This document shows positions 14,621 to 27,294 of a stretch of 64,000 nucleotides of DNA, one piece after another. The stretch is taken from the NCBI GenBank assembly GCA_002245135.1, contig NGBS01000586.1, positions 62,001 through 126,000 on the forward strand, written 5' to 3'. The DNA is from Proteromonas lacertae (lineage: Eukaryota). Numbering within the stretch: the stretch's first letter is position 1; each line of letters begins with the position of its first letter. The position numbers were made by a program, and so were the translations under genes. The notes under the pieces are model-generated. The model did not search any database and was not told the origin of the DNA. It saw nothing but the letters and a program-made list of their open reading frames with translations.

Positions 14621-14823
14621 AAAAGAATATTCCAAAGCTTGACTGGAATTTGTGAAATATATTCGTTTTCAAATCAAAATAGATTTAAATTATTCTCATT
14701 TATTCCTTATGCATGAGTCATATTCTTATTATATCATTTTATTTTACTTAGATACGGTAAATAAAGTATAGCAAGAAGAAAATCAAATTGCCATCCTGAG
14801 ATTAATAATAGTTACTTTATTTT

Positions 14824-16319
14824 TTATTTCTTACATTTCCTACATCCACTGTAGTGAGGATCTCTTTGTGGTGTCCAATACATGCAAGTGTATGATTCAT
14901 TTTTTGCTTTAACAGGATTTCTAAAGTTTGGAAGAGAAATAATTGTATTAAATATGTCTTTACCAATGATACTAAGAAATTCAATTGATAAATGATTGTT
15001 ATCAACGTATATTACTTTATTATCATATACAACTAAGCATTTATCACCATTGTAATAGTATTTCCCAAAATTAAGCTGTTTTATCTTATCCTTGTTTTTA
15101 AATTCCCCTAAATAGAATGGTGGTGATTTAATACAGTTTTTATTGACATATTCATAAGTTCTTTTATTAAGAATTAGTGTTTCTGATGGAGTGGTAGTAA
15201 AGGATGGATTATCATCAACAACTAGGATGTAGAATCATATTTTTTACTTATCATAGTCTTTTTGTAAATCACTTTTGCATCTCTCCTTAATTTTATTAAT
15301 GCTGCAATTACTACTATTATTGCTATTAAACCTAATTTGATAGGAGATATGTATTTATATAGATTAGTATTAAAGTGTAAAGGCCTTTCTATGGCTATAA
15401 ATAATATGTATGAAAAGAAGAACATAAGCAAACACTTTAAATAAACTTTATCACATGGCATTAATACTAATATTGGGAAATGTACCAGATACAATGAGAA
15501 TGATATTTCTCCGCATTTCCTAACCATTTTTGACTCTAATATTATGTTATAATCATTGTTCTCTTTTAAAATTAAAATTGTTGCTAAAACAGGTAAAATG
15601 GAATAAAATCCAGGATAATTCATATATTTATTATAATAATTTGATAATACAATCAATACAATTAATGAAATATTTGAGGCCTTAATATAAGCAATTCTGC
15701 CTTCAAATACTTTAATAATACCACCTGCTAGTAATTGCCATGCTCTTGAGAATAATAGGAAATAAGAAAATGACTTATTTATATATGTGTATTTTACACA
15801 TATAAACAACGATGTCATAAAAAGTGATAAGATAACGGCAATTATTTTATAATTATAAAGCAAATATATTATGAGAGGGTAGAAGAAATAAAACTGTTCT
15901 TCTAATGACAATGACCAGTAGTGAAGAATGGGAGTCTGCTTTTGGAATGACTTATAATAATCTAATGATTGAATGTAGTAGTTGGTATTGGCATTGAACA
16001 ACATAGCCCATATACAATCTTTATATACCCTAATTTTGTATGATAACTCATTACTTCTGTACAACATCACTGCAACTGCAATTATCACAAAAATTGAATT
16101 AGGAAGTATTCTTTTACACCTGTTGCTATAAAAATTGATGAAGCTGAAAGTATCATTTTGGATGTTCTTAAAAATTATTCCAGTGATCAAATAACCAGAT
16201 ATAACAAAAAATATATCTACACCTATATACCCTCCACACAAATACTTCAGATCGCAATGATAGAAAATAACTACTAAAACAGCAAATCCTCTTAATCCTT
16301 CAATATCATTCCTAAACAT
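14824..16319 (-). pseudogene. Bacterial-type O-acyltransferase (acyltransferase-3 + SGNH, OafA/OatA-like), intronless, SGNH domain internally deleted and out of frame
   Basis: FRNDIEGLRGFAV, GGYIGVDIFFVISGYLIT, FYSNRCKRILP, HYWSLSLEEQFY and GEISFSLYLVHFP in ORF 15222-16319. A different frame from ~15235 to 14824 encodes ILVVDDNP...CLVVYDNKVIYVDNNHLS (SGNH block V, DxxH). No GDS block lies between the two parts. Confidence 0.75.
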
Positions 16320-16642
16320 GATTTACAACTGATAAATATTCTGGAAAATTCTGTATTTTATTTCTTCGGTTTTCTAGCGAAGTTATAGATCCCAATGCTA
16401 TAAGCAACAAGTAATTATGGATTTTATGATAATTAATTACTAAATATGGGAATATCATTGCAAAACATTGATCTTCTTAATCTACTGTGTAAGTCAAATA
16501 TGTGAAAATTTCAAGTATCTATGTGTATGAATGTTTTAGGCTTTATATTAATGTTTATAAAGCATTATTATACTTACAAACATAAATCAATCAATAAAAA
16601 ATGAAACAATGTGATAATGATAATAATAATGCTGATATTTAT

Positions 16643-18434
16643 TTAATATTCATCAGCAAATGATTTATTAGGAGTACTCCCTGTAGCAAATCTCGAATTA
16701 ATTCTTGCAGGTGGTGCTCCACCTGTACTACTACTAAACATAGGTTTTTTAAATGAAAATCCACTTGTACTACTTGATGATGAAGGTGGTAATTTTGAAC
16801 CTGTGGTTCTACCATAAGATCCATAATCACTATTATAACTAGAGGTAGTTGTCTTTGGTTTAGTCGTTGAATTGACTCTATTATAAAACGAAGTATTTGC
16901 TGTTGTTGATGATGATGATGACCTTGGAGGTGTTTTAGTTGATGTATTTCTACTAGAATAACTTGATGTATATTTTGATGATGTTGATGATGATGATGAT
17001 GATGATGATATTGGTTTATTAGTTGTAGATTGTGGTGATGGATGTTTCTTTTTATAACTAATAATAGCTGAAGTTACAATAACAGTAATTACTGATGCAA
17101 CTATTAGTGTAATATATAATTGTCTTTGTTGTACTATATTACCACATTCTACTCTTCCTGATGTTAAGTCATCTTCAATAAGTGTTTTGAGTGGTACAAC
17201 AGAGTTGTATATCTTAGATAATCGATGAGGAAACCATGTATTAGATGATGAATATATCTGATAGATAGAAGCGTGGAATTCTTTTTCATAATATAATTTA
17301 ATGGAGAGTGTATAAGATCGAGATGGATGGAAATGTTCAATTAAACAAGTACACATTGATATTATACTATTTGGATATATATTAATAAATATTATACGGA
17401 TGAAACGAGAATTTATTAATTGCTAAACTATCTCCAACATAATAGAATGGTTCTCTTAATCCATAATTAATAGCATCATACTATAATATATATATATATA
17501 TAATAATATATATACTTGTATTAATAGATTATCAGGATCACATATATAATTAAATATACTAATATCAATATCAATATTGACTGGTATTTCCCAAGAATCG
17601 AGGGTATATTTCAGTATATTCCTTCCAACGGTCAAATAATAATTCAGCATTTCTCTCTGGTGTGATTGGATGGAATATGATAGTATCCATTGAAAAGTAA
17701 TCATTATCACTCATTGTAATATACTTTTGAATTGGTAAAGTATAGTGGAATATGATTAATGCATTGGATTTGTGTAAGTTTAATGATTGGATGATAGTTG
17801 GTAAGGAGGAAGTTAATGGTAAATCTTTTAATATGAAGATTGACATACCTGGACACATTGAGATGTATTTTTCTAAGATTTTTTCAATTTTGGCTTTTAA
17901 CATTAAAGGATCGTTTAGTTTTAATAATGTTGATACACTATAGATTTATATGAAATGCATAGATATGTCTTATATATATAATATACGGTAAATAAACGAA
18001 GGATTTGTATGTACTTGATCTATAATAAATGAATAATTATATTAAAATGTATACATTAATGATCTTTTGATAATATCATCCATAATAATTTGATTTGTTC
18101 CAAGTGGATCAATTGTGTATAACATTTGGCACGGACGAGGTGTTTGTCTATTGTACCATGCTGAAATTGTATTAAACATGGATTTTGTCTGGCGTGGATA
18201 GTGTGGCATCCTTTCTTGAAGAAGTCTTTCGAGTGATGTTAACGGGTGAGTTATTAGTTGACAATTTGCTGATGAACCTTCATAATCTTTCCCAATAGAG
18301 ATAATATAGTCGTCAAGCTGCTTCTCAATATCAGATGAGCTAACTACTGGTCCATTGTTGTCTATATTAAAAGAATAAGCTAAGCACAACAGTTGCACTG
18401 CAATAAAAACGATTTTGATAGTTTTCATAGACAT
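16643..18434 (-). CDS. Torsin-like AAA+ pseudo-ATPase A: signal peptide, lumenal domain, one TM helix, S/T-rich tail
   Basis: Multi-exon gene joining ORFs 18042-18434, 17571-17903, 17456-17710 and 16643-17356. Homologous over its length to 18606-20238 and 38223-39315. TM LYITLIVASVITVIVTSAIISY. Confidence 0.6.
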
Positions 18435-18605
18435 AAATCAAGTATTACAGATAAAATGACAATTGTAATTTGAATTTTAAATATTCAAGCCTATGTCAAG
18501 CTGTTGTTGTTGTTTTTGTAAAAATTAAATAATAATCTATTTATTTGGTTGAAACAAAACAAATATCTGTTATATATAATAAAACAATATGATATAAATG
18601 TTTAA

Positions 18606-20238
18606 TTATTCATCAAGTTCTAATGATCTACTACTATCACTAGCTTGAGAGACTATTGATGGACGAGATAATGAATCCTTTCTTCTTCTAGATAATTTTG
18701 ATTTTGGATGGATTGGAGTTACACCAATTGACAATGCTCTTCCTTTTGGAGCTCTTGCTCGAGGTGATTTGGGATATACTACTTGTCCACTATATCTCCT
18801 TAAATGACTGATCTTTTTGATATTACTATTATAACTTGGAATATTCTTTTCTTCATCATCATCATCTTTCTCTTCATCTTTCTTCCAAGAGTGTAACAGA
18901 CACTTTATAAATATAATCACTAACACAACTTCAACACATAAAGCAGAGACAATTTCAAATGAAACAGAGAAGGCAGAAGTTGAAAATATGGAGATATATG
19001 AGACAATATTATCACATTCAATTTTACCAAATTTCACTTCTTCTTGTACAAGTCTTTCAAATGGACGGTCATGAGTATAAGTTTTTGAATAATATAATAT
19101 ACTATATAAATAATAATAATAATATATACATCATATTATATTCTAAATAGAATTGTCTCAATGTTGCATATACTGCATCATTTTGAACATATATATTGAG
19201 TGATAAATAGTAAGATGTTTGTGGTCTATAATGTTGAACTAAACATTCACATAATGATTTAATAGTGTGAATTAAATAAGAGATATCTTTAGAGTAATAG
19301 AATGTTTCATCTGTATCAGTATCTTTGTTTAAAAATATCATTTTATTATACTATAATTAAATATATTAAAAGAAATACTTCAACAATATGTGAATTGGGA
19401 TTTACTAAATATTCAAAGAATGATTTATCTAAATATATATTCACTTTCTGATCTAGATATCTTGGTCTATCTCCTACTGTTTCTTTCCATTGTTGTTTTA
19501 AATATTCTAAATTCTTAGCAGGTGTTAGTGGATGAAATATTAACATATCGGATGATTTTATTGATGGACTATTTGACATTGTTCTATATTTATCTAACTC
19601 AATTCGATAATTAAATATAAATATAGCCGTTTCAGGGAATGCTGATGTTTTGATTAATGCTGGTAAGGAGGAGGTTAGAGGTAATTTGTCAAATTTGAAG
19701 ATTTGGAAGTTTGGGCATAATTCTACATATTTGTCATTTATTATCTTCAAATATTTATTCTTAGTGAGTGGACCAACATTTTCTAATAAGCCAACTGGTA
19801 TTTCTCCAACTGATGTGAAATATTCATCTCTATGAATGACATATTATTATATATATACACGAAAAAATCTGTAATTAAATCACTCAATGTATCTTGATTG
19901 TATCCTGTTGGATCTAACGTCTTAATGAATAAAGGTTCATGGACCTCTGGATTTTTATACCAAGTTGATATTGAATCATTTAATGATTTGACTTGGAATG
20001 GATAATGCGAGAATTGCTCTTGTAATTGTATGAAAAGTGAAGATATTGGTTGATTTTTCATGTGGCAATTCACACTCTTATTAACAAAATCCTTTCCAAT
20101 GGATTCAATGTATTTATCAAGTCTATTTTCTATTTCTTCTTTCGGTAATTTGTCTTCCTTGGTTGCTTTAAAATCACCAAGAACTGCAACAAATAATAGA
20201 GAGAAAATAATAAGCTTTGAAGATAATTTGATAGTCAT
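18606..20238 (-). CDS. Torsin-like AAA+ pseudo-ATPase B, tandem paralog of A, with TM helix and basic S/R-rich tail
   Basis: Shares LDxYIxSIGKD, LQExxxHYPxQxKS, LPLTSSLP, IFHPxTP, CxCL and GxxEC with gene A, plus two equivalent intron positions. Confidence 0.6.
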
Positions 20239-20388
20239 TACTGCTTAATATTATGGATTAAATTTAAAATGAAATTAGAAATTTGAATTTGATGTAATTT
20301 ACTGTAATATTTGATGAGAATTACATTTTTGTTGAAAACACAAAAACTCTCACAAAACAACTTATTATTCACATTTAAAGAAAATTGA

Positions 20389-21516
20389 TTACTTAGTCGG
20401 TTCTTCTACTTTCTTACATCTGTGTCTCATATACCAAGAACAGTCTTTCTTGGTTATATCCTTAGAATACCACTTTTCTTCACCTTTATTCATCCTCTCA
20501 CCCAATTCTGTCACTAAACTCCTCAATTCTTTTTCAAAATTACTCTTCAAATTCATTTTTGCTAATTTATCTCTCAAATCAGTATGAATCTAAATATATA
20601 TATTATATTATATACCTTTAAACCACTATGTAATATCTTAAATGCATGTCCTCTCAACTCAGTAGGATTAGCATCATATTTAACAGCATAATCAATATAT
20701 TTCAAAAACAATTCATCTTGAGTTACTAATTTCCCATCTTTATCACATCCGTGATTACATATCGAAGGATCTTCTAATATTGCTTCACCTAACATTACAC
20801 CATCTACACCAGTATCTTTAATACAGCGATCTATATCATCATAACATTCTATTCCACCATTTGCAAAAACTGGAATTTTTAATGATTCTTTTATTCGTTT
20901 TATTACATTCCAATTACACTCACCAACTCTTTCTTTGTTTTGTTCTTTTGTTCTTCCATGGACTGTTAATAAAGAACATCCACTTTTTTCTATTAATTGA
21001 GCTAATTCTAAGGTTTTATCAAAGTCTGGAAATATTCTTATTTTACATGTTACTGGAATAGTTAAATTTAAATGTAGAGTTTCAACTATGTTTTGTATTC
21101 GCTTAAAATCATCCATTAGATATGCACCATAATGACCTTTCCTGGCTATTCCTTGTGGACAACCTAAATTAATATCAACAGCTTCACAATATTTTTCAAC
21201 CATTTTACCGGCTTTTAACATGTAATCTGCATCATCTCCTGCTAACTATAGAAATAAATGCAATTTTGTTATTATACTTGTATTATTAAAGGCCTATCTT
21301 CTTCATCTATAACAAAATTTGTAGAGAAGTATTTCGCATTTGTACACATCATTTTAGCATTAAGCATAGGAGAATAACATAAATCACAGTTAAAATCTCT
21401 TACTAAACGACGAAAACTTATATCAGACATCTCCACCTACTTTTATAACTAAAAAATAATACCATTGGTGCTAAAATAGTTTTTGGATTTCCTAATTTAG
21501 TCAAAATATCAGCCAT
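20389..21516 (-). CDS. DUS1: tRNA-dihydrouridine(16/17) synthase; three introns
   Basis: LGNPKTILAPM|VEMSDISFRRL, LCYSPM, VDINLGCPQGIARKGHYGAYL, PVTCKIRI, LLTVHGRTKEQ, PVFANGGI. Confidence 0.92.
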
Positions 21517-21953
21517 TTAAGAAAAACAGACAAAAATTAATAATTTCAAAAATTATAGTCGTTTCAGTTTTAATGAATTTGTCTTTTGTGAAGTAAATAA
21601 ATACTCAACAGGTTTAAAATAATGATTAAAATCTTATAGTTTGATAAAATTTAATCGATTAAAAATACTGTTTAGAAAAAGTTAAAAAATGAAAATATTG
21701 TGAATAAATGAAATTAGAAGTTAATATGATTTTCATAGTAAAGGTTAACACTAAATTTAGAGAAATAAATATGTATGTAAAACTACAATATTCTATAATT
21801 CACATTATCTTTGCATTTTATAACTCTCATCCAACTGAAGTCTTATTAGTCTAAGTATACTACGAGATATTTAATGAAATTAATCAACCAATAAAAATGC
21901 AGCATATTAACCAATAAAATAGCAGATATTATCATTTCACTAAACTTCACAAT

Positions 21954-22419
21954 ATGGTTAAACAGGGAAAGAGAAAATATGGTAAATCCAATGATGCTAA
22001 ATTTAGAGAACTTTTTGGTGAATATGGACACAAGGTTAGGATATTAGCTGAAATGAGTAGGTTAAGTGAGAAACAGGTAAGAAGGAATTTGGATAAAATA
22101 GAAAAAGGTGAAACTATTGGTATAAGAGGATATGGTAAAGCTAAGAATTTCACTACTGGGATGAAGAGAGAAATTGATGTTTTGGCAAAGGATGAAAATA
22201 TCACTAGTTCATTTGAAAAAGAAGTGGAGAGTTTATCAGAATGAAAGTGAAATAGATTCTGATAATGAAATATCAGAAGGTTTAAACAATTTATCATTAT
22301 CTTATGAAGATAATCACTATGGATTTGTTAATGATGGTATTTCAGAATATCTTCCCAATCTTCCACCAATTCCTGATTTGGAATTGAGTTGCTTTGATCA
22401 TCCAACCGATTTTGCATAG
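21954..22419 (+). mobile_element. Possible Tc1/IS630-like transposase N-terminal HTH remnant, or a small HTH protein
   Basis: Intronless ORF with KVRILAEMSRLSEKQVRRNLDKIEKGETIGIRGYGKAKNFT (HTH followed by a GRPR-like linker). After a +1 shift at ~22242 it continues into an acidic tail. No DDE domain and no TIRs seen. Confidence 0.3.
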
Positions 22420-22625
22420 ATGGCAATATGCAAAACCCTTATTGTTAAGGTTATTTGAAATCATAATAGATGATTCTCGAAGAGATGATGTATGGTTTTT
22501 AATAATCTTAATAATTAGCGATTCTTATCGTAATATGTGTTTTGGGATTATGTGAGGATTAATAAATCATTCAAAAGCTGTTTTTTTACAGTAAAAAATC
22601 GTTTCTATTTCTAAAAATAGCAAAT

Positions 22626-25392
22626 ATGTCGAATTATTCGTATATTGGTGTTGATTTAGGTTCATATTACTATAAAGTTGGTAGAGTAAAGGAACCTAAT
22701 CATGTTGTGGAAATAGTGCCAAACAAACTTGATAAACGATCTTCTAGGTATTTATATGTAAGTAATGTAATAAATAGATCAGCAATAGGATTTTCAAAAG
22801 GTAAGAAATGTCCTGTAGGTCAAAAAATAGTATTTCTATATGATTTAAATTATAGCCTGCTAAAGATGTGAAAAATTCTTTAATAGATGGCAAAGATATT
22901 TTTGCAAAAGCATTTGATGGTAAAAACTTTGAAAGAATACAAAATGCTTATAAACCGTTTATTCTCTCAAAAAATCAATATAATGTGCCTATATTTACAG
23001 TATAAATTCTATTTTTTTAATTTTAGGTAAATTATTATGAAGATAGTTTGAAATATAATGGTAAAGATATATATCTAAACTATTTTTATAACATTTATGA
23101 TATGATCCAAGCAAGAGATGCTGATAGTAATACAAAGGATAGTAATAAAAATCAAAATTGGATATTAAGTGTATATTTTTATGAAATAATAATATATTGT
23201 TTAGTATCCAATTAATTACTCTAAAGAACAAAGAGATGAGTTAAAATGTTTATGTAATTTTAAAGTGGAAGAATCATCAGTTAGTTGTTGTGATATTATC
23301 GATGAAAGTACTGCTTATGCTTTATGTTATGGATATGAAAATAATACAAAAATTGAAGATACAGAGATTAATTTGTTAGTAGATATTGGATATATAAATG
23401 TAACTGTTACTTGTGCAAAATATGAAAAAGTATGAATATAATTGGTCTTTATGTAATAGGATAAATGTACTGTATTAGGAACTTCTATATCTGATGAAAT
23501 TTGTGGAAGAAATATTGATAAGTTGATGGTTGATTCAATTAAAGAAGAGATATTCAATGATAAAGATTTTAAAGTATTAAAAGACATATTTGATTATAAA
23601 CCAGATTATTTATATAAAGTGCAAAATGCTGTAATAACTGCAAAAGAAAAACTTTCAACTGATGGAAACAGTGATGTATATTCTATAAATATAAATTATA
23701 TGAAAATAGATAAAAATAGAAGTGAGTGATTTATATGATTCAGATGATTTTGAGAGTAATTATAGTAAAGATAAACTCAACAGTTTATTAATTGGTAACA
23801 ATTATAAAGAAAAAATATTCAAATTGTTAAATCAATGTTTGAAGAACAGTCATATTCGAAGTGAATATATTTCATCAATAGTAATAGCTGGTGGAACTTG
23901 CAGAATTCCATTTATTCAAGAAGCGTTGAAAGAATATTTAAATACAAAAATAGGAAGAAAAGGAGAATTGAAAAAGACTATAAATATGGATGAACATATA
24001 GCAAATGGGATATGTTATTATAGTTTGATTAAAAGTGATATATGGAAATATTCATTAGTAGTTGATAGTAAAGATTTATTTAATCCTGATTTAATGAAAA
24101 AAGAAATAATAAAACAAAAAATCAGAAATGTTTATGGAATAGTCAAATCAGAAATATCGAAGATAATGAAAAAAGAATATTTAGAAGATATTAAAGAAAT
24201 AATAAAAGAAGAGAGTTATCTAGCATTGGAAATTGTGAATAATTATGATAATTATGACAAGTTCTATTCAGCTGTGCAATATGATAAACATCTTCAAGAA
24301 GCAGATAAAAAGAGAAATGATCTAGAAACGAGTTTGTATGATTATCAACATGAAGTAGAAAAACTGAAGAATGAAGAATTAAAGAAAGAAATAATGGATT
24401 GGATTAGTAAGCAAATAGAAAAACTTCATACAGATAAAGCACTAAGAATGATGGATAAAGTATTAGAATATGAAAATGTGTTTGTTAGTGTAATTTATAA
24501 TCATCTATAGGATTTAGAAAATGAAAGGATTAATCAAAAGTATAAGGCAAGAGATATTAATGTTAAATTATGGTATAATTATTTTAACATTATTTTAATA
24601 TTGTAGTAATTGTGCGACTAAGATTCATTCTGATGATTCAAATTATCAAGAACTATTATCTGATATGGAAAGTATGAATTTAGAATCATTACCAATTAAT
24701 CAAGTAGCAAATACAGGTTCATCTAAATTAAAACTATCAGAATTAATCAAAGATTACAAAAGTGAAATGTATATATTTATATTTTATTCATGTTTAGATC
24801 AAAATGGGAAAGATTATTAAAAGAAATGCCAAAAATCAATGATTATGATGTGAAGAATGATTTAAAGAATAAGAAGAGTTTAGAAGAAAGAAATAATGTA
24901 GTGAATGATTCAATATCATTAGATGATTTGAAAAGTTCAATTGACGATACTTATAAGTTATTTACTGATATATTAAGTAATACAATTACAGCAATGGATA
25001 AAACTATGTATTAATAATATTTATGTAAAATGTAGAAATGAAATCAAGGAAGATTACAAAGACGTTGATGTTAATAAAGATACATTATTCATAAGTATTG
25101 AAGGATTGAAGGAGACATTCAATAAAAGGAATGAAACTTCAGCATATTTAGCTTATATAATAGATAAATACAATGTATATAATAAAATGTTATGAATATT
25201 ATTTAGATGATTATTATTACAAATGAAAGTATTATTTCATCAAAGAAGAAGAGTATGAGTATATTTGGATGGCTGAGAAGAAACAATTCTAAAATATTAC
25301 CTGAAGGTGAAAATAGTAAGAGTGGTAAAAAAGTAGTGATAAAAGAAGATGTTACATTTACTTTGCCTTCTTCAAATGAATATAGTAAATAA
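22626..25392 (+). CDS. Divergent Hsp70/Hsp110-like protein (NBD plus helical C-terminus), multi-exon
   Basis: YIGVDLGSYYYKVG, VEIVPNKLDKRSS, IIDESTAYALCYG, LLVDIG, ICGRNIDKLM, AKEKLS, IVIAGGTCRIPFIQ, KTINMDEHIANG, KRNDLETSLYDY. Confidence 0.85.
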
Positions 25393-25550
25393 CTAGCATT
25401 AAAAAATTATTACTGCCTATTACATATTTATTATATAAATTGCCTTCTTTGTGTTTTGTGAAATAAAAGTTCCATAAAACGAATATATTTTTGAAATAAA
25501 AAATAAAAAAATTATTCGTTATTTTTAGTTTCTTTTTTAAAAATTAGAAA

Positions 25551-27149
25551 ATGAAGTTATTGTTTTTGTGTTTAATAGTTTCTTTAGATTATTCTTTTGC
25601 TTTGTTACTCAAAGATAAACTTTCAACTAGTGATAGTTGGAGAGTTTTAGAGAGATTTTGTTTTCACAAAGAAAAAGAAAAACCATCTATGCTAGAGTAT
25701 AGTCATTATAATATTCGAATAGAGGAGAGATATATCCAAAGTATAATAACACAATCAAACCTTCTATTTTGTTATTCTCTACATCTTATAATCCAGATTA
25801 TATAGAAGGATCGTCACAATCATGTCTGTCGAAGTTTTCAAAAGCCTCCTACAGATATACTTACGATGAAAGAGATACTGTGGTTCAAATAAGAATAAAC
25901 TTTACGCATTCTGATTATGAGTGTTATTATATCGTACTATCAGCGTGTGACACGACAACAGACTCTATATATAATCAAGGGGAGATTAATGTAGATTATA
26001 GGCTGCAATTACTGAATGGAGGTAATTCATGGCATAAATTACTGTCTGCAGATGAAAAGGGGTTATTGGAAATATGTTTAATATTTTAGTATAAAATATA
26101 TTTTCTTATTAAATAGTGTAATTCAAGTAATATTATGTATATTAATAAGAAAAACTGAATTGGCATTATTAAAAATAGACAAATTCCATTATACTGTACA
26201 AATGTTAAAATGGAGTATTGATATTCTGTTTATAACATATTTGGTGTTTGTTTTATATTATCTATACTATGGAGATTCTGGTACAAAATTAACATTTCTA
26301 AGGGTGTTATTTAACATTGGAATAAGTAGTGTTGAAATTATTTTAGTGTTGTTATTAATACTATTAGCAAAAGGATGGACTATAACATGTAGAAAAATAT
26401 CACATCTAGTATTTTTATAATGTTATTTATAATATATTGAAATAGGGAAGAATGAAAATATGTATTTATTTCTGTATTTACACTTGGTTAACTATTTATT
26501 GTATATTATGGAGAGAAGCAGTACAAAGTGTATATGATACAATCACATTATTTGATAATGCACCTGGTTATCTACTAATAGTAGTGAAAGGATTAGTTAT
26601 TATGTGGTTTTGTTATGCAATTTATATTACACTAAGTAAAACGAAAACAAAAAGACATTTTTATTATAAATTCTTCTTATTTTCGATTATTTGGTTATTA
26701 TTTCATTTTATATTGCCTTTATGTATTGATCATGCTAATGAAAGGAAGAAATATACTATTTATTATACTTTAATATTTGTTTTTACAACCCTAATACAGT
26801 TGTTATTGTCAATACTGTATTATCCATGTAGATGTAATAAGTCATTCCCTTTTCATCAGAAAACAGCAGATATGAGAAATATTGATGAACAAGTAGAATA
26901 TACAGTAAGTGGTAAAGCTCGTATATATTTCTTTTATATATTTTTCATTTAAATAGTAAATTCTTGCAGATTATCTAAATTATTTGAAAGACAATCCAAT
27001 ATATTGTCTACAATGATTCATGAGATGACATCTGAATATAGAGCTACTTTCCGTACAGTTCAGTATGGTAAACAAGGTGGTAAAGAGAGTATATAGATGT
27101 ATTTATATAATTATTAGAATTAAATAGAACAATTAGCGATTTCTTTTAG
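25551..27149 (+). CDS. GPR180/TMEM145-like 7TM protein (3' end approximate)
   Basis: Signal peptide, WRVLERFCF, YYIVLSACD, LLNGGNSWHKLLSADEKGLLE, FHYTV, LLLILLAKGWTI and PGY motifs, followed by multiple TM helices. Confidence 0.82.
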
Positions 27150-27294
27150 GACATTATCATTAATGATGAATGTCTTTTTTTCATGTGTATTTATTAAATT
27201 ATTTTTTTTATTTATGCTTGATTATTTGATGGTTAAAACAACAATACATTTTAATACATTAATACAACTGTATAATTGTTTTGTTTCTGTTATA

